Origin: a virus
Virus record (IMG/VR): IMGVR_UViG_3300045988_182866
DNA length: 64,000 nt
Strand: one strand, 5' to 3'
Shown here: positions 18,348 through 28,853 of the stretch, one piece after another
How positions within the stretch are numbered: position 1 is the first letter of the stretch
Layout: each line of letters opens with the position of its first letter
The notes under the pieces: model-generated
What the model saw: only the letters and a program-made list of their open reading frames with translations
What the model was told of the DNA's origin: nothing
Databases searched by the model: none
Translations under genes and position numbers: made by a program

Positions 18348-18659
18348 ATGTTATATTCTTCAATTTTTAATACATATTATACTCAGGATAATGTACCTTT
18401 TTATAATATTCTGAAGAAAATTCAGTTGCCAGAAGATAAGACAAGTGAATTATATACAACATATATTGTTCCTTACAGCATGCCCTGGACAACATTAAGT
18501 TATCTAATCTATGGCGATTTAACTTATTATTGGTTAATTTTATTGGCAAATACTAATAAAAAGTTAAATCCAATGTATGCCAGTGTAAGCGATAAGATTT
18601 TTATTGTTAAACCCGAATATCTGTCAATGGTTGTTGAAGCTATTGAAAATGAACCATGA
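18348..18659 (+). CDS. Hypothetical protein (103 aa)
   Basis: ORF with an ATGA start/stop overlap with the next gene. Confidence 0.4.
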   Translation: MLYSSIFNTYYTQDNVPFYNILKKIQLPEDKTSELYTTYIVPYSMPWTTLSYLIYGDLTYYWLILLANTNKKLNPMYASVSDKIFIVKPEYLSMVVEAIENEP

Positions 18660-20254
18660 GAATTATTAAGTCAAATCCTAATATTATAGAAAATATTGAA
18701 ATTCAGACCATTAACGGGGCTGATTACAGGATTGGTTTATTCTTTGAGTCGAAAGATGATAAAAATGCTTTTATGGTAATTCCATGGGGGATTATTAATA
18801 GTTTTACCTATGCAGATGATATTCGTAATGTCGGATTAACTGGAGAAATTATTCTTGATAACATTTCTAATGTTTTTGATCCAATTCTTAATAATACTAA
18901 TAAATTTTATTTGGGATTTTATTCTTATAATACCTATACAAATTATGAAGAAAATGTTTATTTTAGCATTTTCTCTTCATCAATGATTGGCAATAAAACA
19001 TCTTCTACTTCTTCTATCTATTCTTTAAAAATTGAAGAAGCTTTTATGGTAGAAGGAGCTAATAGAAATCTTAGTACTTTAAGTTTGGCTAATGGAGGGT
19101 CAAATCTTACGACAACTCCCGCTCCTATTAGAACTACTGATAATCTTCAAATTACTACGCCGGTTCCTAAAGCTGAAATAACATCTACCACTCTTGAAGA
19201 TTTAATTGAATTTGCTTATGACTTTTTGTTATTAGATTTAAAAATTGCAGAAAGCGGAGAATCTACAAATAGTTTATATACGGTTGCATCTAAATCAACT
19301 CCCAGAATTATTGATGTAGATAAACATTCATTTGAATATTTTAAATCTAATTGTCCTTCTGGACAAATTGGAGAAGCGATTTATAAAAATATTGATGATA
19401 CTACATCTGTTACAATACTGCTTAATACTATTAACAAGAACGTTTACTTTCCAAAAGCTATTGAGCATGATGGAGGAAAAACTACCAAAGTAGACCTGTT
19501 AATTGGAGATGTCGGTACAGCTCGTTCTGAAAATTTATCTTTTATTAAAACAAATAATAAAAACATTTATAAAAATGATGTTTTGTTTGGAGAACGAAAA
19601 ATAACTATTCGTAATATTAAAGATACTTTTACCGCCTGTTTTCAGGATAATCAAATTTATGAAGCAATAATTAACCAGACAGATAGGACCGTTCCAAATG
19701 ATATTGCAAAACCTGCTTTCTATAGTCCGTCATTTATCTATAATGTTCAGACATTTCCGGTCACTACCATTTTGATTAATAATGAATGGTGTGATTGTGT
19801 AGTGGCTCCAATTAACCAACCTGATACGTTTTCAACTACCCTTTATAAGTTTAATGATCTGGTTGAAACATTTGAGAAGGAATATCTCCATCAAAAAACA
19901 AAATCTAATATTTCTATTTCAACTGCCGAAAGTCGGGGAATTACTAGAAAAGTACCTCCCTTTAATGATAATAATGTAAATTTTGCAGTATCAGCAAGAC
20001 TCATTAGAACAATGTTTACAATGAATAAGTCTATTCAATTATCATTACCGGGCAATTCATATCGAAAGGCAAATGAAATCATTTATGTCGATAAAAATTT
20101 AGTTTCAGCAAATAATGATAAAAATGGTACGCAAACAATTTTTTCTAATTTAATTGAGAGTAACTATTATTTTGTTACTCGAGTTGTTCATACCTTTAAA
20201 GGCCAACAATATAGTAATGAACTATTTCTAAGCTCTTTCTGTAATCCTCTATAA
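18656..20254 (+). CDS. Hypothetical structural protein (532 aa)
   Basis: ORF with a Thr/Pro-rich linker (TTPAPIRTTDNLQITTPVPK). Confidence 0.45.
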   Translation: MRIIKSNPNIIENIEIQTINGADYRIGLFFESKDDKNAFMVIPWGIINSFTYADDIRNVGLTGEIILDNISNVFDPILNNTNKFYLGFYSYNTYTNYEENVYFSIFSSSMIGNKTSSTSSIYSLKIEEAFMVEGANRNLSTLSLANGGSNLTTTPAPIRTTDNLQITTPVPKAEITSTTLEDLIEFAYDFLLLDLKIAESGESTNSLYTVASKSTPRIIDVDKHSFEYFKSNCPSGQIGEAIYKNIDDTTSVTILLNTINKNVYFPKAIEHDGGKTTKVDLLIGDVGTARSENLSFIKTNNKNIYKNDVLFGERKITIRNIKDTFTACFQDNQIYEAIINQTDRTVPNDIAKPAFYSPSFIYNVQTFPVTTILINNEWCDCVVAPINQPDTFSTTLYKFNDLVETFEKEYLHQKTKSNISISTAESRGITRKVPPFNDNNVNFAVSARLIRTMFTMNKSIQLSLPGNSYRKANEIIYVDKNLVSANNDKNGTQTIFSNLIESNYYFVTRVVHTFKGQQYSNELFLSSFCNPL

Positions 20255-20260
20255 AGCAAC

Positions 20261-21931
20261 ATGTTCATTTATAAGCTAAATTCAATCGAAAAATTATTAA
20301 CCGTAGCTAAAAATCGGGAATATGTACAAAATAATCCTGAACTTTGTAAGCTGCTTGAAAATCCTTTAATTAAGGATGATACTGAATTAGCTATTCATTA
20401 TAATGAATATAAGTTGAATTATCCTAATTCAGCTAAAAAGTTTGTAGATTATTTTTATATGCACGGGCCTGAACTTGATGTTGGGTCCTTGGATGAATGG
20501 CGTACCATTATTCAAAATGATCCTGAACTTTTAGAGGAAGCAAATAAGAATGATTGTCGAATTGACGAGATTTGGGCTGAAAAACAAGCAGATAAAGAAA
20601 AGAATTATTCTTGGTCAACATTAGCAGATTTATATGACTGCTTATCTAAGCCATGTCAATATACTAATATGATTTCTCCTTCTATTGGTACAATTGGAGA
20701 TAATCAGCCAAAATATAATCTTAAAAATACAAGTGGTTCTGATGAAGCAACTACTTTATTAGGTATTCCGGCATATATGATTAATAAAATGCCCCGGTAT
20801 TTGCTTCAAGGTATTACCCAGTTAACTGACATGATTTCTTTGCAGTCTTCTGATATTTTTAATAAGATATTAGGCAGTAAAAAAGCTGTTAAAGAGGACC
20901 CATATATTCTTAAAGATGTTGAAACTATTGGAGGAGACGTACTTGGTACTATTGCTTCAAGGATGGGTGATTGCTTCCGTCTTTATGAATATAAAAGACG
21001 TTATAACCCATATGATTATGAACAAAATATGACCAGATCTGACCGATTTGGTACAGTAGTTTATGATGAGAATGGTAATCCCCATGTAAAAACACCAAAT
21101 GGCAATAGTATGGAAAGTAAAACTGCCATTTTCTCGGATAATAGTCGTCTTAATCCAAATGTGAGCATAAACGATATTCGATTAAAAAATATTGGAGAAG
21201 TATCTCAGGATAATACTCTTCCAATAAAAATTACTGCTTATAATCCTATCTTTCTTCCGGACGGGCGTTATTATATTGATGCTAATACTTCTAATTATGA
21301 TAATGTTGGAATAGTCAGTGGAACTAATGAATCTGGAGTACGTCTTTTGCCGAATAGTGCATCTGGTATTGAACAATTGTCTAAAGAAAATAAAATACTT
21401 CACGTCGGGTGTGCAACGCGTCCTAGAGATGTGATAAAATATTATCAGGCTTTTCTTATTAAAAATTATCCAAATCTTTCTCTTCCAAAGAACTTCTCAA
21501 CATTAGTATCAAGAGCAATCAAATATTCTGATTTAAATGTTGTTCTTTTCTTCCCTAATGGACAACGTGTACTTCCAGTTTTTGATACTGGTGGTGGCCA
21601 ACCTGAATCTCCTTGGATTGATATAACTGCCCAATATTTCTTTACTAAAGAAGGATGGGGGTTAGCTACACTCTATGATTCTTCCGGTAAAGCTATAACA
21701 AGCGATGCCAATAATCCGATGCCAGAATTATTGGCATCTTCTGAACTTTCTAAAGCTAAGATTCAGCCTTATAAAATTAAGGCAATGAAGATTAACGGTG
21801 CTCCTAATAATAATGGGATAATTAACGGAAAATATTTCTTTTCTGAAAGTTTCTGCCAAACTAATGGATTAGATCCTCAAGTATATGCTCAAGTTGATCA
21901 GGGAGCTCGCTTGGCTGGACTTCAAACTTAA
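20261..21931 (+). CDS. Hypothetical structural protein (556 aa)
   Basis: ORF in the operon. Confidence 0.45.
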   Translation: MFIYKLNSIEKLLTVAKNREYVQNNPELCKLLENPLIKDDTELAIHYNEYKLNYPNSAKKFVDYFYMHGPELDVGSLDEWRTIIQNDPELLEEANKNDCRIDEIWAEKQADKEKNYSWSTLADLYDCLSKPCQYTNMISPSIGTIGDNQPKYNLKNTSGSDEATTLLGIPAYMINKMPRYLLQGITQLTDMISLQSSDIFNKILGSKKAVKEDPYILKDVETIGGDVLGTIASRMGDCFRLYEYKRRYNPYDYEQNMTRSDRFGTVVYDENGNPHVKTPNGNSMESKTAIFSDNSRLNPNVSINDIRLKNIGEVSQDNTLPIKITAYNPIFLPDGRYYIDANTSNYDNVGIVSGTNESGVRLLPNSASGIEQLSKENKILHVGCATRPRDVIKYYQAFLIKNYPNLSLPKNFSTLVSRAIKYSDLNVVLFFPNGQRVLPVFDTGGGQPESPWIDITAQYFFTKEGWGLATLYDSSGKAITSDANNPMPELLASSELSKAKIQPYKIKAMKINGAPNNNGIINGKYFFSESFCQTNGLDPQVYAQVDQGARLAGLQT

Positions 21932-21967
21932 TATAGTCATCTATTATCAAATTAAAAAGAGGAAAAT

Positions 21968-22465
21968 TTATTCATCTTCCTCTTTTTCTTCATTTTCAGG
22001 AGTTACTGTCCTTATTTCAGGAATAATATCATCGTCCAATAACTTCATAACTTCTTCTCGTGTCATTGGGGGACGAGTCATAGACATATTAATCTGTTGA
22101 AGCTTAGCCGCCTGTTTAAATTCTTCAAGTTCTTTTGCTTGTTTTAATTTTTCATTATTAAGAAAGATCTTTGTTAAATTTTCTACTGCTTTAGTCTTAG
22201 AACCAATCATTTCTGCAACAGATGTAATTAATTCTGCATCGGGAGTAGATCTAATTTGCTGCAGTAAAACATTAATAATATCTTGAGTAGTAGATACAGT
22301 TTCTACACCACTTTTAATAATGTAATCTTCCAATTGTTCCCTATCTAAATGTTCAATTTCTTGATTTTCAATTTTAGCTGGAACTAAACTAGGTTGAGCT
22401 GATTCTTTGGATAATTCATCCAGAATCATTTGTAAAGAATCATCAGCATAATCTTGATTTAACAT
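21968..22465 (-). CDS. Acidic hypothetical protein (165 aa)
   Basis: ORF on the opposite strand, divergent from the clamp-loader gene. The C-terminus is EEKEEDE. Confidence 0.4.
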   Translation of the reverse strand: MLNQDYADDSLQMILDELSKESAQPSLVPAKIENQEIEHLDREQLEDYIIKSGVETVSTTQDIINVLLQQIRSTPDAELITSVAEMIGSKTKAVENLTKIFLNNEKLKQAKELEEFKQAAKLQQINMSMTRPPMTREEVMKLLDDDIIPEIRTVTPENEEKEEDE

Positions 22466-22540
22466 TATTGATAGTTAATAGTGCACCTTTTAAAATTAAG
22501 AAATTAATTACAAATCTATTAAAAGAATATATTATAAATT

Positions 22541-23500
22541 ATGGAGGATATAGATTATACTGATGATATTTTTGACAATCTTTGGATTAAAAAATATGCG
22601 CCAAAAAGTATTAGTGAAATGGTTCTTTCTGAAGAAAATAGAACCAAGGTAGAGGGATATATTAGAGATAATGATATTCCTTCATTATTATTTTGCGGTA
22701 AACCTGGTCAAGGTAAGACTACTTTAGCCACTCTTCTTTGTAAAGAAATTGATGCAACTACATTAATGATTAATGCCAGTTTTGATAATGGTATTGATGT
22801 AATTCGCGGACGAATTAATAATTTTGTCCAAACAATGTCACCAACTGGCTCATTAAAGGTTGTTATTCTCGATGAAGCTGATCGTTTGTCTCCTTCTTCC
22901 CAAGATGCCCTTAGGGGAATGATTGAAGATAATGCGGAACATACTCGTTTTATTTTAACTGCAAACGAACAGGCGAGAATTTCTGATGCTTTGCAATCTC
23001 GTTGTATTTCTTTGAATATTACTCCTCCGAAAGCAGGATTTGCACAATATGTGATGGGAATCCTTAAAAAAGAACGAGTAGTCGTCCCTAAAGAACATTT
23101 TTCTGGATTAAAAACTGTTTTAGAGCAGTATTATCCAGATCTTCGTAAAACAATTGGTATTATTCAATCTAATATTACCAATAATACTCTTATCATTGAA
23201 AACAAACTTATCAATAATGAATTCATTAAAAGCATTTATGAAAAGTTTGATGAAATGAATCCTATCGATCTTCGTGAAGTATGGATAAAATCTGAAAATG
23301 AATTTCAAGGAGATTATGTTTATCTTCTTAAAAGCTTCCATGAATTTATCTATAAAAAAGATGATATTAGTCCGAATGAACGAGCTAATATCATCTTAGA
23401 GATTGCGAACGGTCTGCGAGATAGTGTGTTTGTAATAGATCAGGAGATTAACTTTTATGCAACCATTCTCAGAATTTTAAAGCAACTTGGAAAGTTTTAA
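22541..23500 (+). CDS. Sliding-clamp loader AAA+ subunit (T4 gp44 / RFC small-subunit-like)
   Basis: Walker A GKPGQGKTT, Walker B VILDEAD and sensor-1 QSRC are present. TATAAATT and GGAGG lie immediately upstream of the ATG. Confidence 0.8.
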   Translation: MEDIDYTDDIFDNLWIKKYAPKSISEMVLSEENRTKVEGYIRDNDIPSLLFCGKPGQGKTTLATLLCKEIDATTLMINASFDNGIDVIRGRINNFVQTMSPTGSLKVVILDEADRLSPSSQDALRGMIEDNAEHTRFILTANEQARISDALQSRCISLNITPPKAGFAQYVMGILKKERVVVPKEHFSGLKTVLEQYYPDLRKTIGIIQSNITNNTLIIENKLINNEFIKSIYEKFDEMNPIDLREVWIKSENEFQGDYVYLLKSFHEFIYKKDDISPNERANIILEIANGLRDSVFVIDQEINFYATILRILKQLGKF

Positions 23501-24120
23501 GCTTTAGCTTTTGTATCTACTTTGCCTCTAAGCTCCATCTTAGATTTGATAGCCTTTTTAGGATCAATCTCAGTTGGAGCTTTTTCATTTCCTAATTTAT
23601 TATCTTTGACAGGCATTTTATGAACAGGCTGCTTAGTAGGAACTGCCTTTACATCTTCGCCTTCTTCATCTTCAGTATCTACTACTTCATGAACGTCAGG
23701 TTCATTAGAATAGGTAAATTTACGATTTGCTGGAATAGTATCAGGAAGATTAATACCGTCATTATTAATTCGTTCAATTTCCTTAATCATTGGGCCTGGG
23801 AGAGTAAGAACAGTCAAATAACGGCCTCCCCCTCCGTCTAAGCCAATATCAAAAGACATCGGAATAGCTTCTGGAGATCCTTGTATAAATGGAGTTTGAT
23901 TAATAGAAACAATTTTAACTATAGCATCTCCATTTCTTTGTTGATTAATAATATCCTGAAGAATTTCCTTTTCAGTTACAGGAAGATTCTTAAAAATTTC
24001 ACTTTTTTCAATCGAATCTAAGAATCTGATTTGATCACCAACTAAGAAGCTACCTAAGCGGTAACGAGTCATTAACGATTCAAATAGAACATCTAGTTTA
24101 GAGTCTTTAAGCATAAGCAT
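23497..24120 (-). CDS. Hypothetical protein (207 aa)
   Basis: ORF on the opposite strand inside the structural operon, with a Gly4 tract and a charged C-terminus. Confidence 0.4.
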   Translation of the reverse strand: MLMLKDSKLDVLFESLMTRYRLGSFLVGDQIRFLDSIEKSEIFKNLPVTEKEILQDIINQQRNGDAIVKIVSINQTPFIQGSPEAIPMSFDIGLDGGGGRYLTVLTLPGPMIKEIERINNDGINLPDTIPANRKFTYSNEPDVHEVVDTEDEEGEDVKAVPTKQPVHKMPVKDNKLGNEKAPTEIDPKKAIKSKMELRGKVDTKAKA

Positions 24121-24147
24121 ATTTAATGTCCATTAAATAAATGAGAC

Positions 24148-24678
24148 GTGGCCAATATTAAGTTATCAAACTTAGCCAAGACTTTTGAAGATAAAACGGC
24201 AAAAAATCCTTCAGACCTTTCTAACTTTGAAAAGTCTGTTAATACATTATACAAGGATATAAAGTTTGACCTTACTGATATTAATAACTCCGGCATTTTT
24301 ACCGATAATTCTATCAATAGCAATCTTTCAGCTAAAGATATTGAAGTATGTATCAATGAAAATGCAATTTATAATTCTTTAAAAAACTGGTTCAGGACAA
24401 GTGAATGTTCTCGTCTTTTAAATCCTGATTTAAAATTTGATTTACGTTCCTATTTGTTTGAAGGAATTAATGAATATACTGCATACTTTCTCGGCCTTGA
24501 ATTAATGCAAAAATTGCCTTATTTTGAGCCGAGAATTAATGTTGAAGACTGCCAAATTCAATTAGACTATCTAAATGATGCTTATATTATTAATATGACC
24601 TTAACTATTCCATCTTTAAATAACAAAACTATTAACTTAAAAGAAATTTTAAATTCTTCTGGATATACTACTCTTTAG
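24148..24678 (+). CDS. Baseplate wedge protein, GPW/gp25 family
   Basis: The segment DIEVCINENAIYNSLKNWFRTSECSRLLNPDLKFDLRSYLFEG...YFEPRINVEDCQIQLDY...IINMTLTI follows the gp25-family pattern (FGxxL...LFEP...EPRI.V..V.V). GTG start. Confidence 0.55.
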   Translation: MANIKLSNLAKTFEDKTAKNPSDLSNFEKSVNTLYKDIKFDLTDINNSGIFTDNSINSNLSAKDIEVCINENAIYNSLKNWFRTSECSRLLNPDLKFDLRSYLFEGINEYTAYFLGLELMQKLPYFEPRINVEDCQIQLDYLNDAYIINMTLTIPSLNNKTINLKEILNSSGYTTL

Positions 24679-24682
24679 TTCC

Positions 24683-26482
24683 ATGGCTATTACTTCTAAT
24701 ACAACCCCTAGTGACCAAAATTTCGCTTTATTTGAAGGTAGTTCAATTAAACAATTTATAATTGAACAACTCAATAAAGGAGGAATTTTTATTGACCAGC
24801 AATATCTTGGATCTAATTTAAATGCCTTTATTGATATTATTGCAGTTATGCTTCAACAGCTGCAATTCCATTTTAATACCTCTGCCACTGAAAATACTTT
24901 TGCTACGGCGAGCTTATATGAAAATATGAATAAGCTTGTAAGTTTGTTTAATTATAAGCCTAATGGTAAACAGACTTCTATTCTTCCTATTTCCATTTTA
25001 GCTTCTTTAAGCTCTAATAATAAAATTGGAACTTTTCTTATTCCCCGATATTCATTTATCAATTATAATAAATCTTTTATTTTAAGGAATGATTTAGTTT
25101 TTTCTTCTTTATTAAACGAAGAAACAGAAATTAATGATATTCTTTATCAAGGTTCATTAACAGAATCTGATATTTTCTTAACCTCCGGAGAAGAATTTCA
25201 AGTCATTACCTTAATAGATAATAATATCAAAACTGATAACGGTCGATTTATTACTGATAATTTCTTTGATGTTTATGTTAAGGAGCCTAATGGCAAATGG
25301 GTTCAATATGAAGAAGTAAAATCTTTATTCGAATCTAAGGGTAATGATAAAGTTTTTGAGCGGAGACTTAATGAAAATTATAATTATGAATTTAAATTTG
25401 GTAATAATATCAATGGCTATAAACCTGTAGAAAATTCTGAAATTATTATTTTTTATGTAATTTCAGATGGTTCTTCTGCTGAAGTTGGTGACTGGCTTAT
25501 TAATAATACTGAATTATTTTTGTATAACTCTACAAAATTTCAGGAAATTATTATGGACACAACAACTGGTATTTTTGATATATTACCAGCCTATATCACT
25601 CCAAATGATTTAAAGTATATTAAAGTTTCTAATACTGGTTATTCAACTCCGGTTTCTGCAGTTGAATCTGTTGACATTATTAGAAATAATGTCCCTAAAA
25701 TCTTTGCTTCTCAGAATCGTTTATTAAACGAACAAGACTATATCACTTATATCAACAAAATGTTTAATAATTTTGTTAAAGATTGTTATGTCTTTTCTAA
25801 TTCTGAGTATACTGGTTCCTATTTGAAATATTTTTATAATATTGGTTTGGATGCACCAAATGATGATCCTCGTGTTGCCCTTAACCAAGTAACCTTTCAA
25901 TCTTCCTGTGGATTTAACAACGTTTACGTGGCTCTCCTCCCTCTTATTAATACTATTATTAATGATAAAATACCGAATTATGTGAATACTAATCTTAAAC
26001 AATATATTGTTGAAGGATTAAATTCTTATAAAGATATTGCACATAATATTGCACCGATTGACCCAATTTATAAAGCCGTTTCTTTTGGGATTATCCGGGC
26101 AGATAATAATAGTTTACCAGAACATTTTGAAGATGTCCAATTAGTATTAGTAAGAGACAAATATAGTAACTTTAATAGTGATTATATTACTTCTCAAGCA
26201 ACTAGTGTCTTTAATAACTTTTTCAATAATGTTAAGCTGGGAGCAACTATCGATATTTCATTGCTTTCTGCCCAACTTGCCCAAATCCCAGGCGTAATTG
26301 ATATTAAAATGCAGGATGGGACTAATGAAACCGATAAATTAACATTTATTGTCTGGAATCCTCTTTATGAAGAAAATGATTTTACAATAACCCAGCAAAA
26401 TATTCTTCTTTCTCCATTTATGTTCCCTTATTTTTATGATTTAAGGAACATTAACTCTAAAATGATTGTCATAAATGAGTAA
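24683..26482 (+). CDS. Putative baseplate wedge protein (gp6/baseplate J-like, 599 aa)
   Basis: Assigned from its position directly after the gp25-like gene, as in T4-like baseplate modules. No strong motif was read. Confidence 0.35.
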   Translation: MAITSNTTPSDQNFALFEGSSIKQFIIEQLNKGGIFIDQQYLGSNLNAFIDIIAVMLQQLQFHFNTSATENTFATASLYENMNKLVSLFNYKPNGKQTSILPISILASLSSNNKIGTFLIPRYSFINYNKSFILRNDLVFSSLLNEETEINDILYQGSLTESDIFLTSGEEFQVITLIDNNIKTDNGRFITDNFFDVYVKEPNGKWVQYEEVKSLFESKGNDKVFERRLNENYNYEFKFGNNINGYKPVENSEIIIFYVISDGSSAEVGDWLINNTELFLYNSTKFQEIIMDTTTGIFDILPAYITPNDLKYIKVSNTGYSTPVSAVESVDIIRNNVPKIFASQNRLLNEQDYITYINKMFNNFVKDCYVFSNSEYTGSYLKYFYNIGLDAPNDDPRVALNQVTFQSSCGFNNVYVALLPLINTIINDKIPNYVNTNLKQYIVEGLNSYKDIAHNIAPIDPIYKAVSFGIIRADNNSLPEHFEDVQLVLVRDKYSNFNSDYITSQATSVFNNFFNNVKLGATIDISLLSAQLAQIPGVIDIKMQDGTNETDKLTFIVWNPLYEENDFTITQQNILLSPFMFPYFYDLRNINSKMIVINE

Positions 26483-28853
26483 TACTTTTAAAGGTAGGAT
26501 TACAATTACTAATGATTTAACAAATCAAGAATATAACCCTGTTTCTGATGTAATTTTTACAGTTTCAGGGTCTACAGTTACTTTATCTTTTAATGATAAT
26601 CAAATTGTAGAGACTTCTGACTTAGATGAATCTGGTAATCCTATCTCTTACCAGATTTTTAAAAAATTTGACCGAGAAATTTTATGGGATTTTGGAGATG
26701 GGACTAAAATTAAAGGATTAACAGCTACCCATACCTATAAAAATCCTGGCTCCTATAGTGTAACTTGTACATGTTTTGATGCTGATGAAAATCCTTACAA
26801 AAACAGTTATCCCAAAGCTGAGCAAACAATCAAAGTCGTGGATATTCTCCCGACTATTATCTCTTATACTTCTGCATACCTTAAAAAAGTTGAAGCTGGA
26901 CTTTTAAAAAATGTATATGCCGGACAACAAATAGAAGTTGCTGAAGTTATTGCCACTTTAGACAAAAGTATTACAAATAAAGTACCAATTAAATGTCATG
27001 CTGTTAAAGCTGGAGCAACCAATATTTTTGATCTTCCGCCTAATAATCCTTATCAGCATTTACTCCCTTATAATACTTTCTTAGATGAAGATAATGAACC
27101 GACATTATCTATTATCCCAGAATATAAAGATGTCTATGTAGTTTTTGATTATTCAAATGATTCTGGATTGATTCTTAATTTGTATATTATTAATCCAGAA
27201 ATGACTGCTTTAACTGAAGTTGAACCTTTAATAGTAGATTCATCCATCAAATATATCTGTAATACTTTAATGGTTCCTTCATTAGATTCTATTTCTACTT
27301 TAAATTATTACCATATTGGTCAAAGCGGAAAAACTTCTATTAAATTTCAAGATGATTTACCTTCTTCCCAGGATGAATTAACTTTTGTGCTTGATACTGA
27401 TTATTTTCCTGATGATAATGTCCTTTTAGGAAAAAATACTATCAATCTTGTTTCGATTGGAACCAGTTTGGAAATTAAACAAAATAATCCTGATAAACTC
27501 AATATATTCATTTCTACAAACGGCTTAACAACTGCGGATAATTCAGATGAGCATCCTATTATAGATATTTCTTTAGAAAATAATACATTTAGTTTTTGTA
27601 GGGCAAAATATCTAGGTATAGATTCACCATTTGTAATACGTTTAATAGCAGATAATTATGGATATTACTTTATTAAAGATATTGCCATTAAAGAAATAAT
27701 TGGTAATTGTGAAAATGCCTCTGTTGAGTTTTATACCGGATTAGAATCTGTATTGGGTACTCCCTATATGTCTATGGGTTCTTGCTTCGGCACTCTAAGG
27801 CCATTGGTGGAAACGGATGAACTTACTTCCACATTTAATTTATCTGTATCATGGGAAGGAACATCTCTTCAAAAATCAGATTTAAGCGTAGATAATTTAA
27901 CTTTTATTGATCTCAAAAGCTTTTCTAATAAGGATTCAAAATATTATTTGGATCCTAAGCAGGATTATACTGAATATTCAGCCAAAGAAATCTGGAATAT
28001 CTATAAAACTCATCCTGTTTTTGAAAATCTTCCATTTTTAGACCAATATATGCTTGGTATTTTTGAATCAGATAACTTTTTGGAAAAAGTTATTAATAAA
28101 GGTAATAATTTTGTTAATGATTTTGGGAATATCAATACTTGCTCTATTATTAGCCTTATTTCTATCTGCGAAAGTCTAAATCTTACTTTAGACTTGTATA
28201 ATAATGAAAATTTCTCTCAGCCTGAAAGTATTAATCAGCTTTTAAAAATTCTTTCCATTAACCATTCCAGATTAATTGGTACCAAGTTTAAAGTTAAAGA
28301 TGAATTTGAGACACTTGATAAGCTTCCGGGTAAAAATCGAGGTCCTCAATATGATTTAACTGAAAAAATCTATATTAAAACTGTAAATGGCAAGCGAATT
28401 TGGCCAATAATTGTTTGTTATGATAGATTTGCTAAGCAATATTTTCTTCTTAATACTGCTCTTTTAGAAAAAGTGAGAAAATCTCCTATTAAAACCGATG
28501 AACAAGGAGAGTATTTTCAATTAATTGAGTATTTTAAGACCTGGGGATGGAATTTGTTATTAGGAGATTTCGAAAAAGAGCTTTTTAATATCATTTCCCC
28601 CAATAAAAACCTTTATCAAATGCTTAATCTTTTAGCTTCTAAACCAATTGAAGATAAAGCTCGAGAACAATTAAACAAATTTTATTACTTCTATCAGTAT
28701 ATTGATACTAATGAGACAGATATTCACAATTCTTATCTGAAACCAGAGACTATTTCTGATAATATTAAAGATTATAATACCTGGTATAAAGCTGATGGTT
28801 CTATTGACCGATTACTTTATAAAACCTTGATTGAGAATCTTGGACTCAATTAG
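26475..28853 (+). CDS. Baseplate/fiber structural protein with a PKD-like Ig domain (792 aa)
   Basis: WDFGDGTKIKGLTATHTYKNPGSYSVTCTCFDADEN matches the PKD-domain signature (WxFGDG...HxY...GxYxV). Confidence 0.5.
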   Translation: MSNTFKGRITITNDLTNQEYNPVSDVIFTVSGSTVTLSFNDNQIVETSDLDESGNPISYQIFKKFDREILWDFGDGTKIKGLTATHTYKNPGSYSVTCTCFDADENPYKNSYPKAEQTIKVVDILPTIISYTSAYLKKVEAGLLKNVYAGQQIEVAEVIATLDKSITNKVPIKCHAVKAGATNIFDLPPNNPYQHLLPYNTFLDEDNEPTLSIIPEYKDVYVVFDYSNDSGLILNLYIINPEMTALTEVEPLIVDSSIKYICNTLMVPSLDSISTLNYYHIGQSGKTSIKFQDDLPSSQDELTFVLDTDYFPDDNVLLGKNTINLVSIGTSLEIKQNNPDKLNIFISTNGLTTADNSDEHPIIDISLENNTFSFCRAKYLGIDSPFVIRLIADNYGYYFIKDIAIKEIIGNCENASVEFYTGLESVLGTPYMSMGSCFGTLRPLVETDELTSTFNLSVSWEGTSLQKSDLSVDNLTFIDLKSFSNKDSKYYLDPKQDYTEYSAKEIWNIYKTHPVFENLPFLDQYMLGIFESDNFLEKVINKGNNFVNDFGNINTCSIISLISICESLNLTLDLYNNENFSQPESINQLLKILSINHSRLIGTKFKVKDEFETLDKLPGKNRGPQYDLTEKIYIKTVNGKRIWPIIVCYDRFAKQYFLLNTALLEKVRKSPIKTDEQGEYFQLIEYFKTWGWNLLLGDFEKELFNIISPNKNLYQMLNLLASKPIEDKAREQLNKFYYFYQYIDTNETDIHNSYLKPETISDNIKDYNTWYKADGSIDRLLYKTLIENLGLN

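Noticed and set aside
22466-22540. AGTGCACCT motif shared with the 53748 region as a defined regulatory box
   Set aside because: There are only two instances, and only one is part of a palindrome. This is too little to call a motif without a genome-wide scan. It is kept only as a note inside another finding.
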